The notes under the pieces: generated by a model
Seen by the model: the letters and a program-made list of their open reading frames with translations, nothing else
What the model was told of the DNA's origin: nothing
Databases searched by the model: none
Shown: positions 61,941 through 64,000 of the stretch, piece by piece
Position numbering within the stretch: the first letter of the stretch is position 1
Layout of the letters: the number at the start of each line of letters is the position of its first letter
Program-made: the position numbers and the translations under genes
NCBI RefSeq assembly: GCF_006345805.1
Contig: NC_043023.1
Location: forward strand, 7,254,001-7,318,000
Reading direction: 5' to 3'
Length of the DNA: 64,000 nt
Source of the DNA: Octopus sinensis
Lineage: Eukaryota

Positions 61941-63349
61941 TAATTCATCTGGCAGAACTATTAGTGTGTCAGACAAGATGCTTAGCAACTGTTCTAGTTC
62001 TTTGCACCCTAAGCTCAAATTCCACTAAGGATAACTTTGCCTTTCATCCTTTCAGGGTCAACAAAATAAACTATTAGTCAAGTAAGTACAAGGGTTCAAA
62101 GTAATCAGCTTGTCTCCTCCTGTCAGAATTGCTTACTATAAAGCCTGTAATGGATTGACATCCCTTTCAAGGAGTCCTAGGGCTCAAAAAAGAAAAAGAA
62201 ATTTCACTGCATGCTTCAGTGCATAACCAAACACCTTTTGATATGAGCAATTTTTTTTTCCTTTTAGTTAATATGTCATATTGTATTGAGAATCCTCTAC
62301 ATAAATGAAAGTGTGGTGCCTATTAATGCTATTTCCTGTATGTTCTACATATTTGTTACAATTTTTACAAATATATATTTTTTTTATTGTCATTAACGAG
62401 GCAATTCACGTTTCAAAATCATTGGCAGCAAAAATGACATTCAGCTGTAAGACCATCATTTTCATTTCATGTCCATTTTCGATGCTGGCATGGGTTGGGA
62501 TGGTTTGACAGAATTCAACATGTTGGAGAATCATGTCTCATGCTAGCAGCTCAGTTTTGACATGGTTTATACAGCTGGATACCTTTTCTGACACCAACCA
62601 CTTTACAGTGTGTACCGAGTGTTTTTTCATGGCACCAGCATTAGTGATGTCACCATAGAGCCTACTTGACCAAAAAGGAATATAGTGGAGGAGGCTTTAT
62701 GTGAGGTGTTGAGAGAGTGGAGTGTGACAGGAGCAACAGGAATAGAATTGTTGTTAAAGAGGAAATGTAAGGCAAAGCCATCTTATGAGCTTGGGTAGGA
62801 GTAACTGGAATGGAGCTGGAAAGATGATGGTGACACTGTATCTTTAGAAGGTGAATAGAAAAGAGCGGGTGGATAGATGATCAGGAAAGGCAGGAGGGTA
62901 AAGGTTGTAAAAATGTGAGAGGGATGGTTAGAAATAGAGGTAGAAATGAATGTAGTAAATGGTGAAGAAAAGTGGAGGGTGGTTGATGATCGACATGAAT
63001 AGGAGACAATGATGGCTATCAATTAAAGGAGAGGAAGTGATGACTGGCAGCACAGACATGCACATTAACAGAAACCGGTGGGTGTTCTTTGTTCCTGTGG
63101 AGGCTAGATGACAAAGAAACACAATGATGGTGAAATGCCGAGATGTTGGAATAGGAAGGTGGTCCGAAACTGATGGTAATGAATGATTCTGGCTATAATA
63201 ACGATGACACACTTAAAGAAAATACATTGAATATACCGTTATTCTGGAAAAATATTCTATCTTTGAGATAAGATGATTCCCCTTGGTTCTCTGGACTGGA
63301 ATCTACAGCAAGTACTTCAGCTTTCTCTGGAGACATACATATATATATG

Positions 63350-63387
<38 letters not shown>

Positions 63388-63534
63388 AAAAGCAATAAAG
63401 ATTCAAGTTAATTTAAATGAATTTACTTGATATGGTACCTAACTTAGATGCACCAAAAAAAAACTATACTGATTTAACAATACAGTAATGTGGGGTGATT
63501 ATAAGCGAGAATGAAGCAACAAGAATGGATAGGT

Positions 63535-63624
63535 TTTTAGTACAATCGTTTCATACAAGGACAGGTTTTATTAAAAGTTGCAAAAATTACAGCATATAAC
63601 GTGTCCCGTACTCATCAGCTAAAA
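63535..63624 (-). ncRNA. Type I hammerhead ribozyme motif (probably Penelope-element derived)
   Basis: The - strand reads TTTTAG CTGATGA GTACGGGACA-(38 nt)-TGTCCTTGTAT GAAA C GATT GTA CTAAAA. It has a 6-bp stem I, a CUGAUGA core, a 10-bp stem II with one bulge, GAAA, a 2-bp stem III and a GUA cleavage triplet. Confidence 0.75.
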
Positions 63625-64000
63625 TACATGTGAGTTCTCTAGACATCCTAGTGGTTGAGGCTATACTCATGAAGTAATGTAGATAATTAAGGAACATAAA
63701 CAGATTTCAAAAGTTCATTAAAGTTCTTTAAAGATGATGTACAGTCTTATCACAGAATTTTAAAAAAGTCTTAATAGCATCACAGAGAAGGTGACCTAAT
63801 TCAACAGCAATAAATTAGCTGTTTTAACTGGTCAAAGAATAATATTCTCCTCTAATTCCTAGATGCCTGTAAATTAAAACCAGACTTGTCGTCTACTAAT
63901 TCTTCTGTATAACTAGAACCCTCTTTTTTTCTTTTTCTTTCTTCTTTTTCCTTCTTTTTCTTTTTTTCCCTTCCTTCCCTATTTCTTTCTCTTTTCTCTT

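Noticed and set aside
62690-63210. Possible decayed Penelope/LINE coding fragment on the - strand
   Set aside because: Purine/pyrimidine-biased sequence with no motif I could identify with confidence.

Overview
This is an AT-rich, repeat-saturated animal genomic window with a 100-N gap at 392-491. The mix of tRNA-derived SINEs, RTE/CR1/Tx1 LINEs and long (TA)n tracts looks like a coleoid cephalopod (octopus); that assignment is an inference. I found no convincing intact host gene, rRNA, functional tRNA or CRISPR array. Most predicted ORFs are microsatellite or antisense artefacts or decayed transposon ORFs. Retroelements present: RTE LINEs (two families), CR1/L2-group LINEs, L1/Tx1 fragments, R4-like and HERO-like fragments, Penelope-like pieces, Ty3/Gypsy gag plus PBS fragments and three SINE families. 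DNA elements present: Tigger/pogo, maT (DD37D-type Tc1/mariner), Merlin, piggyBac derivatives, Helitron-like elements and a MITE-derived 96-bp satellite. Five observations stand out. (1) A ~6.5-kb same-strand array of at least six L1/Tx1-type ORF1 (RRM-like + CCHC knuckle) modules almost without ORF2 (23.0-29.6 kb). (2) A type I hammerhead ribozyme with a near-canonical core at 63535-63624 (-). (3) Transposon termini amplified into tandem arrays (96 bp x ~26; 74 bp x ~5). (4) A SINE/LINE shared 3' stem-loop with covarying stems. (5) Many fold-back palindromes. Element boundaries were read by eye and are approximate unless TIR/TSD positions are stated.
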